Shown here: positions 1 to 10,035 of the stretch, in pieces
Position numbering within the stretch: position 1 is the first letter of the stretch
Layout: the number at the start of each line of letters is the position of its first letter
NCBI GenBank assembly: GCA_023231475.1
Contig: JALJEE010001441.1
Location: 114,615 to 134,614, forward strand
DNA length: 20,000 nucleotides
DNA from: Seison nebaliae
Lineage: Eukaryota
Reading direction: 5' to 3'
Translations under genes and position numbers: made by a program
Notes under the pieces: model-generated
Seen by the model: only the letters and a program-made list of their open reading frames with translations
What the model was told of the DNA's origin: nothing
Database searches by the model: none

Positions 1-1223
1 TGAGAATTGAAAATGATTTGTTTGAGAACCTTTATTTCTTCTCATTTCTTCTAATAATTCATCAGGATCAATTCCTTCAATTAAACATCGTTTCCTGATA
101 TCTTTCTCTTCTTGATCCATATTCGGATCATTGTCAATCGCCTCTAATGCACGACGTAATCTCTCAGCTGCTTCTCGTTCTTTCCGCTTCTCTTCCTCCA
201 ACTTTCTTTTTTCTTCATCCAACTTTCTTCTTTCCTCATCTAATTTCCTTTTTCGTTCTTCTTCTAATCTCCGTTTCTCTTCCTGAACGATTTGTAATTT
301 ACGTTTTTCTTCTTCTTCTTTCAATTTCTTCCGTTCTTCTTCTTCCAATCGTAATTTTTCCCGTTTTTCTAATTCGGATTATACTGTAATTTATTGAAAT
401 ATTTTCAGGGATAAAACTTTCTTCTTCGATCAATTTCTGTTTTTCTGCTTCCTCATCAACGTAACAACATTTGCAATTCTTCTTGCAACATATCGTAAAA
501 CGACGATGACAACTCGGCACGAAACAGAATATGAGTAGTAAAATAATTAAACCGATTAATAAGAGACTGAAGAAAACGGCAATACCAGCAACCGCACCAG
601 AACCTATTCGAAGACAATATAATTGAAAATTTGAAATTTAAATGTGAACTTATTCCTGTTGGGGCTACCGTGGTTGGTGGGATGACTATAATTGGAGTGG
701 TCGTAGTTGTGGTGGTGGATTTGCAAATTGCCGTTTCAGCCGGAGCATTAGCCAAAGTGTATTCTGATAAAGGCAAAGTGGTAGACCGTTTAATACAAGT
801 CCCCACATTATAACATTGTGATGGTTGGACCTGATAGAAATATACGAGATTACCAGCTGTTATATGAATCTAAAGGAAATTGTCAATAAAGTCAAATCAA
901 AAATGAATGTCACTTTGTCGAATGTAAATTCTAACCGTATCTGGACACCAATATTCGGAAGAGGAGAATTCATTACCATTTACTAATATACGGACGAGAG
1001 CTCCATAATTTAAATCATTCGAATTCTTCGATACATCTTTCTGATTCTCGGGTAATGTAACTGGCATATTTTTGAAGCTACCAATCACTACTATGTCCAA
1101 CTCATTATGAGTGTCGGTAGTTAATGCTTCATTTCCAATGATTTTCACTTTAAGGACGATAGAGTGGACGAATGTGAAAGTGACGAATATGAGAAGGAGA
1201 TTAGATGTATATTTTCGTTTCAT
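1..1223 (-). CDS. Type I membrane protein, 3'-partial (runs off the window): signal peptide, divergent PLAT/LH2-like ectodomain, Thr/Pro stalk, TM, Cys cluster, E/R/K-rich helical tail
   Basis: Exons 1223-936, 869-650, 603-418, 368-30, then a probable GTTCTC donor at 29. The spliced frame is open: MKRKYTSNLLLIFVTFTFVHS-IVLKVKIIG...YGALVRILVNGNEFSSSEYWCPDT|IHITAGNLVYFY...STTTTTTTPIIVIPPTT...GIS|SGAVAGIAVFFSLLLIGLIILLLIFCFV..CCKKNCKCC...EEERKRKLDEERRKLDEEKRKLEEEKRKERE. The PLAT call is by eye and from similarity to the gene at 4240. Confidence 0.8.
181..280 (-). repeat. Degenerate 21-nt (heptad RKLDEE[RK]) coding tandem repeat
   Basis: The minus strand has AGAAAGTTGGATGAAGAAAAA / AGAAAGTTGGAGGAAGAGAAG plus flanking degenerate copies, encoding RRLEEERK-RKLDEER-RKLDEEK-RKLEEEK. 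Confidence 0.7.
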
Positions 1224-4200
1224 TGTCTATCGATCGATATTGATAAAAATTTTTAATTACATTATCATCAGAGAAGTATCAGATCATTCTTTGAGGAAAA
1301 AAGAGGAATTATTATTTGGTGTGAATGCAAATGTAAATCTGTTTTGGAAGCAATTAGATTAAAGTCGATGGCACAACAACTAGTAGCCATAGTAATTGAG
1401 TTGAATGAGAGAGAAAGTGATAAGGTCGAGAGATTGAATATGAGAAGTCTTATTCGGAAGGAAGTTCAATGGAGCACATGAATAATGAATGAATGTTAAA
1501 CTGAATTTTAGTTGCATGTCCAACACGAAACTGGAGTGTGTCAAAATCAAAGTTATCGACCCTCATCTAGAACACACTCCGCGACTAATAACAATCATTA
1601 TAATTAGAAAGTGTAATGGGAAAATTAAATAAATAAAGTTCTTTCTTAAATAATAGGGATTGTACCACATCCTCCATCTTCCACTTCGAAATGGACATGA
1701 AATAAATGAACATTATTTGAAGAGATTTTAAGTAACTCCATTTAACGGAAATCGATAGAGATCGTTCCTTCAAAAAAAAACTTATTTTTTTACGAAACAT
1801 AAAAAATCAGTTACAGAAGATTGAAATGGAAATTATTATTTTTAGACAGATTCAAATTCTTCTTATTTTCTTTTTCAAGAGTTATGACCAACGGAATGAT
1901 TACATAAACGGAACAATAAATCGCTCCTAGGGACAATTCGATAAACATCGAAACATATCCACCACCTTTTATTTCTTCTCCATGGACTTTTTTATTTCTC
2001 CTTCCATACAGACCAAACTCTCCCGTTTAAATGTCGTCCAATCTTCTAATTTTTAGTTCGTTAAATTAGTTGGCTAAAATGTGAATAATGAATCGATACA
2101 TATCGAATGAGGATTAGAATAAAACACAGAAAATTATTACAATAATATCACTGAAAAAGAAACTCTACTTTCCGTGCTAGAAAAGAAGAATTTTATCCAG
2201 TTCCACCAAATTCATGTTCAATTACCAAATAATTCAAGTGAGAAATTGAGAAATATAATTATTAAATTTGAGGATTTCGTTTTAGGATTTGCTTACAAGC
2301 ATCATTCCACCACCATTGACTTGTTAAGTTAAATGTACATTTAAGAGGAAGGGGGAACGGAATTTTTCTTTTCACTATGAAGGCTACTTGAAATCGAAGT
2401 TGCAAAACACGAACAATAACAACTAATACGAACGATAACAGTATACTTACTTTCCTAATTGCATATCAGTGAAACTTCCCTCTTATCACATATGTACATT
2501 GACAAATATTTGGCTAGAACCAAATCGTGTACGCCAAAACAAGTCCTAAATGAAATGTTGATGGAGAAATTGGATAAGAAAAGAAAGAAAACATAATTTA
2601 TTTTCTTTCGGTTAATTAATTTGAAAAAAATGTTTCCCAATATTCAATCATTGATCATATTAAATGAATAGGAAAAAGGTTTGAAAACCATATGCACAAT
2701 GCATTCAGCTCAGAAATTCTTCAGTTATTTGACTAATATAAATGTTTTTGTGAAGATTCGAAAGGAATTTTGTGGATAATAAAAGAATGACACATTAATT
2801 TATTCCATTCGATCACTCATTAGTTCCGCTTAATCGAGTCATTTCCGTCTCTGTTTATATAATGGATGGAATATATTCGTTCCGTCCCGGAATCTTTGTT
2901 GAGACGAATAAAAGAACTATATTCATCATGATCTTGCTTCATTTCCTTAAAAATTCAGTTGAAACGAAATTATTTTAATACTTAAAAAAAATTTTAAAAA
3001 TTTTTACAGTTTTCAGATCAATTGAGAGAAAAGTTTATTTAAAACAATTTTTTCAAGTGATTCAAATTTATTTAAATTAATTTCCGGACATTTCCTCTTC
3101 ATATCAATAAAAAAATTATAAACTAATCTGTTTACCTTCACAAATAAGTTTGACATAATGTGTTCTTAAAGTTCTGATGAAATAAATCTTGAAAAGGAAA
3201 TTTAATATTCATTCAATTTTCACCTTCGATTTCTTTCTTTTCTGGATATTCAATTATTGTATTGAGACGGAGAATGAAAGAAATATAAACATTTGATTAT
3301 TGTATTTTTTCGCCATTTTTGAGGTCCTAATCATCATTGTATTCATCTGAAATTAAACGGAAAAATTTCTTGGAATTGGAAATTCATCATATTTTTATGT
3401 GTTTTAAAATATTTTGATGGAATTGATTAAAATCGCCAAAATTCTGTGAAGAAAATACTCATAAATTAGTTTGTAAAAACAAAGAAAAAACTTAGTTTTT
3501 TTCTGGGAAAATCTTTTAATTCCGAAACTTTCCCTTTCGTAATATTAAAATGAATTTATTTTCATTAATAACAATACGAAGGACATGAATTGACGCAAAG
3601 ATATGGAGATGAACGCGAATATGAATAAAAAATCATTCCAAATAAATATTTGCAGGAAGAAATATTGGGGAATTAATAAATTAAGAAGAGAATGCAAGTA
3701 GTTGGAGAAATTCATTTTAATCTTCTTATTTCCAGTTCCAAGTAAAATGTACATTGATCGTGTCCCCGTTAATTGTAATTATTATGAAAAGAAGAAAGGA
3801 AATTGAATGAGAGCGAAGGAGCAGAAAATAAAGGAAAACAACTAAAACTTTTATTTGAGTCTCAATTGTTCAGATTTTAGGTATATGGAATGTGGTTATA
3901 GTAAAGAAACCCGCCAACTATAAATCTTACATTTTTCTCCTCTCCGTGCTTTGTTCATTTACTCAATTGAAATGATTTCCTTATCGAAATAAAGAGTCTC
4001 TCCCTTCATTTCGCCTGTCATTTCTAAATGATTTCACAAAAAATCTTTCGTTTCCATTTTAGCCATATTCCACCAATTTTCTGTGCATCGTTATATTAGC
4101 TAATAATAATCATCATCATCTTTCGATTTCGTAGACTTAATATTTCAGAAACAATTTCTTCATTCCCTCATCTACTTGAAACTGTCTAAAAACTTTCAGC

Positions 4201-4239
4201 CCCTTAGCAGTCACCAAGAATCGATGAATAAGAAAAAGA

Positions 4240-5286
4240 ATGAAATTGATGTTGTGTAAAATAATCTCAATATTTTTTTTCCTTCTAAAAAATTCATGTT
4301 CTGTTTTTTATTCAAACAAACTTGACTTTTCTTTATTAACTAGTCGCGGAAAACCTGTATTATGTTCATGCATTCACCAATGGTCAACTCGACGATGGAG
4401 GAACGAACGCCACTGTTATATTCTCTTTCACGTATGAAACAGGTTTCTTCATTTTTCATTCAATTGAAAGTTCATTTGAATTTAGGAAATGAACAAGTAC
4501 TCATCGGAGGAACACAACCGTCTGACAACGGTCATTCGACCATGTTTGAAAAAGGAGTGTATGATTTTTATATTGCGGTGAGAAGTTCGGAAACGGATCA
4601 TGGTGTTCTAAAAAGTCTCGATATTACATTAGACGATCCAAGCGATCGATGGTGTTTTGATGGAGTTTAGTAGATTTAATGAAATTCTTTTAATATTTCT
4701 TCAGCTTCGCATTATAGATAAAGTCGATAATCGTATGTATGAATGGTTCTCTACGAACTGCTCCTTATGCAACGGTGCCCGCACTTATACGACTGGTTTT
4801 TCTACGGTAGCTGACTATATTGCTCCCCCAAGTTATTATTTTTCAATTTAAATTTTAATTCAATCTAAATAAATAAGGTGATTTTATTTCACCTTGTGAT
4901 GAAGTATTGCCATCATCAACACCGAAACCAGAAAAGAAAAGTTAAATTTTCATTCAATCAAAATATTTTGTATCAGATTATAAAATTATCAGACAACACA
5001 ATTATTATCATCGTGGTTGTTTTAGTTATAGTATTAATTGGCGTAGCTATAGCCGTTATAGTTGTGGTGATGTTGAAGAAGAAAAGTTTATTCGATTTCT
5101 AAACTCTTTTTTTTTCTAATTCTTTTATTTTCAGAATCACCTAACATGAAAATCGGGAAGTTTTCATTTTTATAATTTTAAAAAATTTTTCATATATTTC
5201 TATTTAGTGGTCGAAGTGCTCCAACATCTGCATCTACCATATCAAGTCATTTCGATCCTACTGATAATGAAATGAATAATAATTAA
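4240..5286 (+). CDS. PLAT/LH2-domain single-pass membrane protein (~240 aa, 8 exons)
   Basis: Exons 4240-4297, 4344-4442, 4486-4664, 4705-4831, 4878-4940, 4993-5085, 5135-5159, 5208-5286 total 723 nt with an open frame. Signal peptide, then YYVHAFTNGQLDDGGTNATVIFSFTYETG...FEKGVYDFYI...DHGVLKSLDITLDDPSDRWCFDGLRIIDKVDNRMYEWF, matching PLAT motifs (YxVxVxT..GTxAxV; FExG..D.F; DxGxLxxIxI; W..D.V.V). TM is IIIIVVVLVIVLIGVAIAVIVVVML followed by KKKK. The last two exons are less certain. Confidence 0.85.
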
Positions 5287-5574
5287 TTTTAATTTTATCT
5301 GCACAGACTGAAATGCTAATTAATTTAAATTTAATTCATAGTCATTTATTCCAAATAACAATTTGATTTTTCATTTTAAACATCATTTTACTTTCATTTA
5401 CGATGTAAATAAAGTATCATTTGATTTATCGATTTTTGATATTCGACAATTTCATATTAATCGAAAGAAGATGAACGTCTATTTTATGTTCAAATATTAT
5501 GAAAATTTTTGAAATTTAAAAGAAAGTTAAAAAGTTAAATTGAGAAAAAGCGCAATTTCTTAGAATATTAGACA

Positions 5575-6930
5575 ATGTCGAGAATATTTTCATTGTTTCT
5601 CCTTTTTGTTGGTATTGTTCACTGTTATTCTGATGAAGATAAGGAACAATATAATTATGATGTATTTCCACCATCAAACGATACGGAATCAATAAATGTC
5701 CTTGATGATCTACATAATTATCGGGAAAATTTGCTTGAAATTTTCACGGAAATCGAAGCGGACGACAATATGGAGAACATGCATCGCAGTAAACGGAAAA
5801 TCAAAGTACGTAAACCAAAAAATTTGACCGAATTATTTAAGTTTCATGCATTTAAGACACTGTTGACTGTCCGTAAATCCCTACAAGATCCATCGATTGC
5901 TCCAGCTGATACATTACCAGATGATACAACTGATTATGCCGATCAAGTAACATCTGATTATTATAAGATGTTAGCCAATTATGATGTTAGTATGAAAATT
6001 GTAGTAATTGTAGTGATATAATTAGAATTAAAAGAATTATGTTGGAATGAAAACGGCTTTAATAGATAGTCGGTTATTAACCAGAACTTTAAATTCGGTT
6101 AATTTGGATGAATATACTATGAAAAATTTTATTAAACCAAAATATTGGGATGAAAAGAAAAGACGTCAGGATGAGACAAAAGAAATTAAAGATATCAAAT
6201 TGTACGTCAGGTTCATTCTCATTTTCATCGGTTAAACTTCTTCAACTAAATCGATTTTTTCAGACAAATGAATATCGAGAAAGCCGTTTGGCAATGGGAG
6301 AATGTAATGAAAACACAGAAATTATCTTCGTATAAAAATTGTCATCGAAACTTTTTAAATTCGTTCATTCGAGGTTGTTCACTTCATTGTCGACGATGGA
6401 TAACGGATTCGGGAGACAGTATAAAAACCGTTTGTCGAAGCAAGCAGATTGACGGAATGGCTAATTTTAGACAATGTAGAGAAATGACCTCTGAATCGAA
6501 AAGGTTAGGCTTAAAAAACCATCCAGTTGTGTATACGGGCAAGAAATGCGAAGTTATGACTGAATTGTACCAAGAATGTTATGGAAACATGTTCCTCAGA
6601 AAGATAACATGTCAAATATTTTGCAAAACGTTCAATAACAGAAGGAACCTCTTTAAAGGATTCAGCAAACCCAAACATTTCTCGACCTTATTCCGAAACA
6701 CAATTCAAGCTCGAATTGCCCTTACTTCATATCGAGCTTACGAATATCAATGTTGTCGTGAGGGATGTCGAACCGAGGAAATATTTCTCGACGAATTTTC
6801 ATGTATCGTTTGCGCCTTTTTTGGATTATGGCCTGAGAGTGAAAGCGAAGCAACACGTTTAAATAACTATTCATATCAGTTAAGTGTAATATCGATTCTA
6901 ATTACTTTATTTTATTTCCAATTTTTATAA
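5575..6930 (+). CDS. Secreted or GPI-anchor-like cysteine-rich proprotein (~417 aa, 3 exons), unknown family
   Basis: Exons 5575-5985, 6035-6210, 6264-6930 total 1254 nt with an open frame. Signal peptide MSRIFSLFLLFVGIVHC, acidic pro-region, furin-type RSKR (5785-5796), KKRR, 14 Cys in the last exon, and a hydrophobic C-terminus (LSVISILITLFYFQFL) with no cytosolic tail. Confidence 0.8.
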
Positions 6931-8684
6931 ACTAGCAAAATTTCCAATCTTTTATATTCCGCTCATAATTTTCAATAAATAATAATGTAATTTAACGTGA
7001 ATTATTCGATTTAAAACAAAAATTAATTTTCTCGGTTATTCAATCAATATGTATTCAATTTTTTCGATTACCTTGCAACATATTCTTAAACAAATTTTCT
7101 ATTTTTTCTTTTCATTGAAAATCGAAATTCATTTGGTTGAAGAATCGCTTTTCAATTATCAGGATTTCATATCTTTCAATGGTTCAGATAGTTCACTTCT
7201 GTCAATGATTCATTTCTGTAGACAAAATTTTTTAGCAGTTTTTTTTTTGATTTATTCTAATCTAAATTTAAGAAGAATAATAATCATTTTGAAGACAAAC
7301 TGAACAGATATGTAAGTGTAATAATAATTGTCTTCCAATAAAGAAATTTGAAAAAAGCCAAATTTCCCTTATAATCATTTGAAATATGTAAGAGATTTAA
7401 TCATAATAATAAATATAGTCATCTAATGTGAACATTCTGACTGAACGTTCTAAAATTCCTTAGGGTTCTTCCGATATAGGCTTATATAAAAAATTTCTCT
7501 GATCAAATATTAAATTAAGTCGAGATGAAATATGTGTATTGGAGATAATTATAGTGTGGAAAGTTAGATGAGAATTTTTTTTCTCATGTTATTAAGAAGA
7601 ATTTAATTGTAGTAAATCGGATTGTTGATTTGGAAAATGATGTGTCGTATATTTATCACAAAAGAATGCAATATATCGATGAAGGAATGTTTGATGAGGA
7701 AATAAATTGATCGATAAGATCGAACACTGTACCTGTACGATGTAAGCTTGAAATTTAAATTTACAACCAACCTAATCTTCTTTTCACATTCTACTAATTG
7801 GTCTATTTCAATGATTATTCATTTGATGTAAAAAGAAAGAGAAGACGAAGTTTAAATGATGCAAAGCAATGTGTTAAGTAATAGAGATATAAAAGCGAAC
7901 TGATAGATATTTAGTATAAGGGAAAGACGTGAATTTACGTTGGCGAAAAAATAATGTGTTTGTTAGAATGATTGCGATTATTTTTTGGAAAGGAAAAAAT
8001 GGGAATTTGTTCGTCCTTTTCTTTCAACTTCTATTCAACGTTGGGAAACGTGTAAAAAAGGTCGAAGAAGTGTAATGAGTTGTTAATATTTTTCCCGTGT
8101 ACTTATCCTATTGGAGGGAGAGAAATGATTCGGTCGAACTTTCATTTCTCGTCAATTAAATCTTTCTGTTCACTACATTATTCCTTATGAGAAGTTCTTT
8201 ACTAAACTTTTTGAGACACGTGTGAAAGAAAATAATTCTCTTAAATATAAATAATTGAATGTAAATTTTGGAGGATATTTGTTGTAGAGATTGCAGAGTG
8301 ATTTCCAAGAGAATTTGCTACAAGTTAAAAGTAAAATTAAATTGTTTCAACTTTTTTTCTTGTTTAGAATAAGAATTTTTTTTTCAATTATTTCAATGAT
8401 TCGTTTCGTTTCCTTTTAAATTTCCTTTATTGTTTTCTTTATCTTCTCCAATCTCATCTGGATGAATTTAACTGAATCATCATCAGATTATACTAGAATT
8501 TGTGCTATCTGATTAATCTCTATTTTCACAACAAATTTCCAGATATATTTTAACAGAAATTTTTTCGTGAAGAATTCTTATAGAATTTATTTCAGCTAAT
8601 TCAGTGTGTGTTTGTGGAGAAGGAAATTGTTTGACTGTTAACGAGTTTGTTCCTACTTATTCATCGTTATCATTCCATTAGCTG

Positions 8685-9734
8685 ATGGCACAGAGTGTTA
8701 GCGAATCAAGGAAACGACGAGCAAATAGTCATTCTTCACCAATCATTTCAAAATTCTCTCGAACTGAAACACTTTCCTCGATCAATAATTGCAAATACGA
8801 AATAAATGATGTTTACGATCCAATGACCATACCTGAACAGATTGGCAAGGATTTACATAAAAATAACGATAAATCAGAAAAACGAACTACTACTACTACC
8901 ACATCAACATCCACAAAAATTACGACGGTTACAACTCCAGCAATTCTATCAAGTAATCGCAATTCTCAAATATTCTCATCAAAAAATTTCCAACAACCAC
9001 AACATCGTTGTTATCATTATTTATCTCCTTCAAATTTGTTGGCGAAATCATCGACATCAAATCATCAATTAAAATCCACCTCCCCAGAAGAAGATCTTTC
9101 GCCTCATAAAAGAAATAATTCTTCATCATCATCAACTGACGATAGTGCATCGTCTCTCGATATCGGAGTATCATCAGTCGCTTCCACCACTTCCTCCACA
9201 TCAACCGGAAATTCATCAACTGAACAATTGTGTAAACAATTACAAGCGACGAGTCTAATGTTAACGCAGAAGAAAGAATCGTCCTCGTCACCTCAACAAC
9301 AACGATCAACGTTATCAGACGATGATTTGTCGAATGGAACGAAAATTCATTTGAAAAATAATGATCATAGCAAGAAATCGTCGAAGAAATCTTCTCATCT
9401 TCCTACCACCAGTAACAGAAAACGAAAAATCGATTTAAATTATGATGATAATGAGCCTAAAAAATTTCATTCTGCATTCGATGAAGTGAATCGATTATGT
9501 TCGTCGTTAAACATCGTCCTCCATCCTCCACTTCAACCTGATGATAATCAATCTATGCAATCCGGAATAAGTGGCGATCAAATCGATATTGAACCGAATC
9601 TGATGAATGATGATGGAATTTATGTACCACAATTTGGAATGGAAGCCGATTACGATAGTGAAAGTGAAGATGAAGAGATTATTGATTCGCAATTCATATC
9701 GAAACTATTCAATCATCATAAAGTCACATTATGA
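8685..9734 (+). CDS. Intronless Ser/Thr-rich low-complexity protein (349 aa), probably nuclear, unknown function
   Basis: A 1050-nt ATG-to-TGA ORF in AT-rich DNA, with poly-T/S tracts, basic NLS-like clusters (RKRR; RKRKIDLNYDDNEPKKF) and an acidic C-terminus. No domain recognised. Confidence 0.8.
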   Translation: MAQSVSESRKRRANSHSSPIISKFSRTETLSSINNCKYEINDVYDPMTIPEQIGKDLHKNNDKSEKRTTTTTTSTSTKITTVTTPAILSSNRNSQIFSSKNFQQPQHRCYHYLSPSNLLAKSSTSNHQLKSTSPEEDLSPHKRNNSSSSSTDDSASSLDIGVSSVASTTSSTSTGNSSTEQLCKQLQATSLMLTQKKESSSSPQQQRSTLSDDDLSNGTKIHLKNNDHSKKSSKKSSHLPTTSNRKRKIDLNYDDNEPKKFHSAFDEVNRLCSSLNIVLHPPLQPDDNQSMQSGISGDQIDIEPNLMNDDGIYVPQFGMEADYDSESEDEEIIDSQFISKLFNHHKVTL

Positions 9735-10035
9735 TTTCAGTTTAATTTAATCAACAAAGAAAGACCAAATTTTTTATGGAAATAAAATAATGAAGAATAA
9801 AGTAATGCAGAGAAATTATCGATTATCCATTTTTAAATTTATGATAATCATTTTTGTTCGAACTAATAATGAACTCATCTTGTAATCAATTTAATTTTAT
9901 TTGTATTAATAAATTTAGAAAAAGTTAAATTTATTTTTTAATTTAATAAAATTTCCCTTAAATTTCTTCATTCTCTTCATTACAATGATTCATTCAATCA
10001 TCTCTCCTCGATTTCCTCATATTAATTTTCAAGTG

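Noticed and set aside
147..813. Hydrophobic plus-strand ORFs 147-389 and 631-813
   Set aside because: They are antisense shadows of the E/K/R-rich and Thr-rich exons of the minus-strand gene.
1533..1580. 9-bp inverted repeat GGAGTGTGT/ACACACTCC
   Set aside because: Too short, with a long unpaired spacer; plausible by chance.
1224..4239. Short ORFs in the 3-kb intergenic region (1585-1800, 2455-2640, 3545-3754) and a coding-looking minus-strand fragment LEDWTTFKRESLVCMEGEIKKSMEKK near 1970-2050
   Set aside because: They have F/I/L/K-biased AT-rich composition, no motif and no coherent exon chain. A decayed relic cannot be excluded.
8842..9692. Overlapping ORFs 8842-9072, 8929-9309 and 9507-9692
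   Set aside because: They are alternate-frame or antisense by-products of the low-complexity 8685-9734 CDS.
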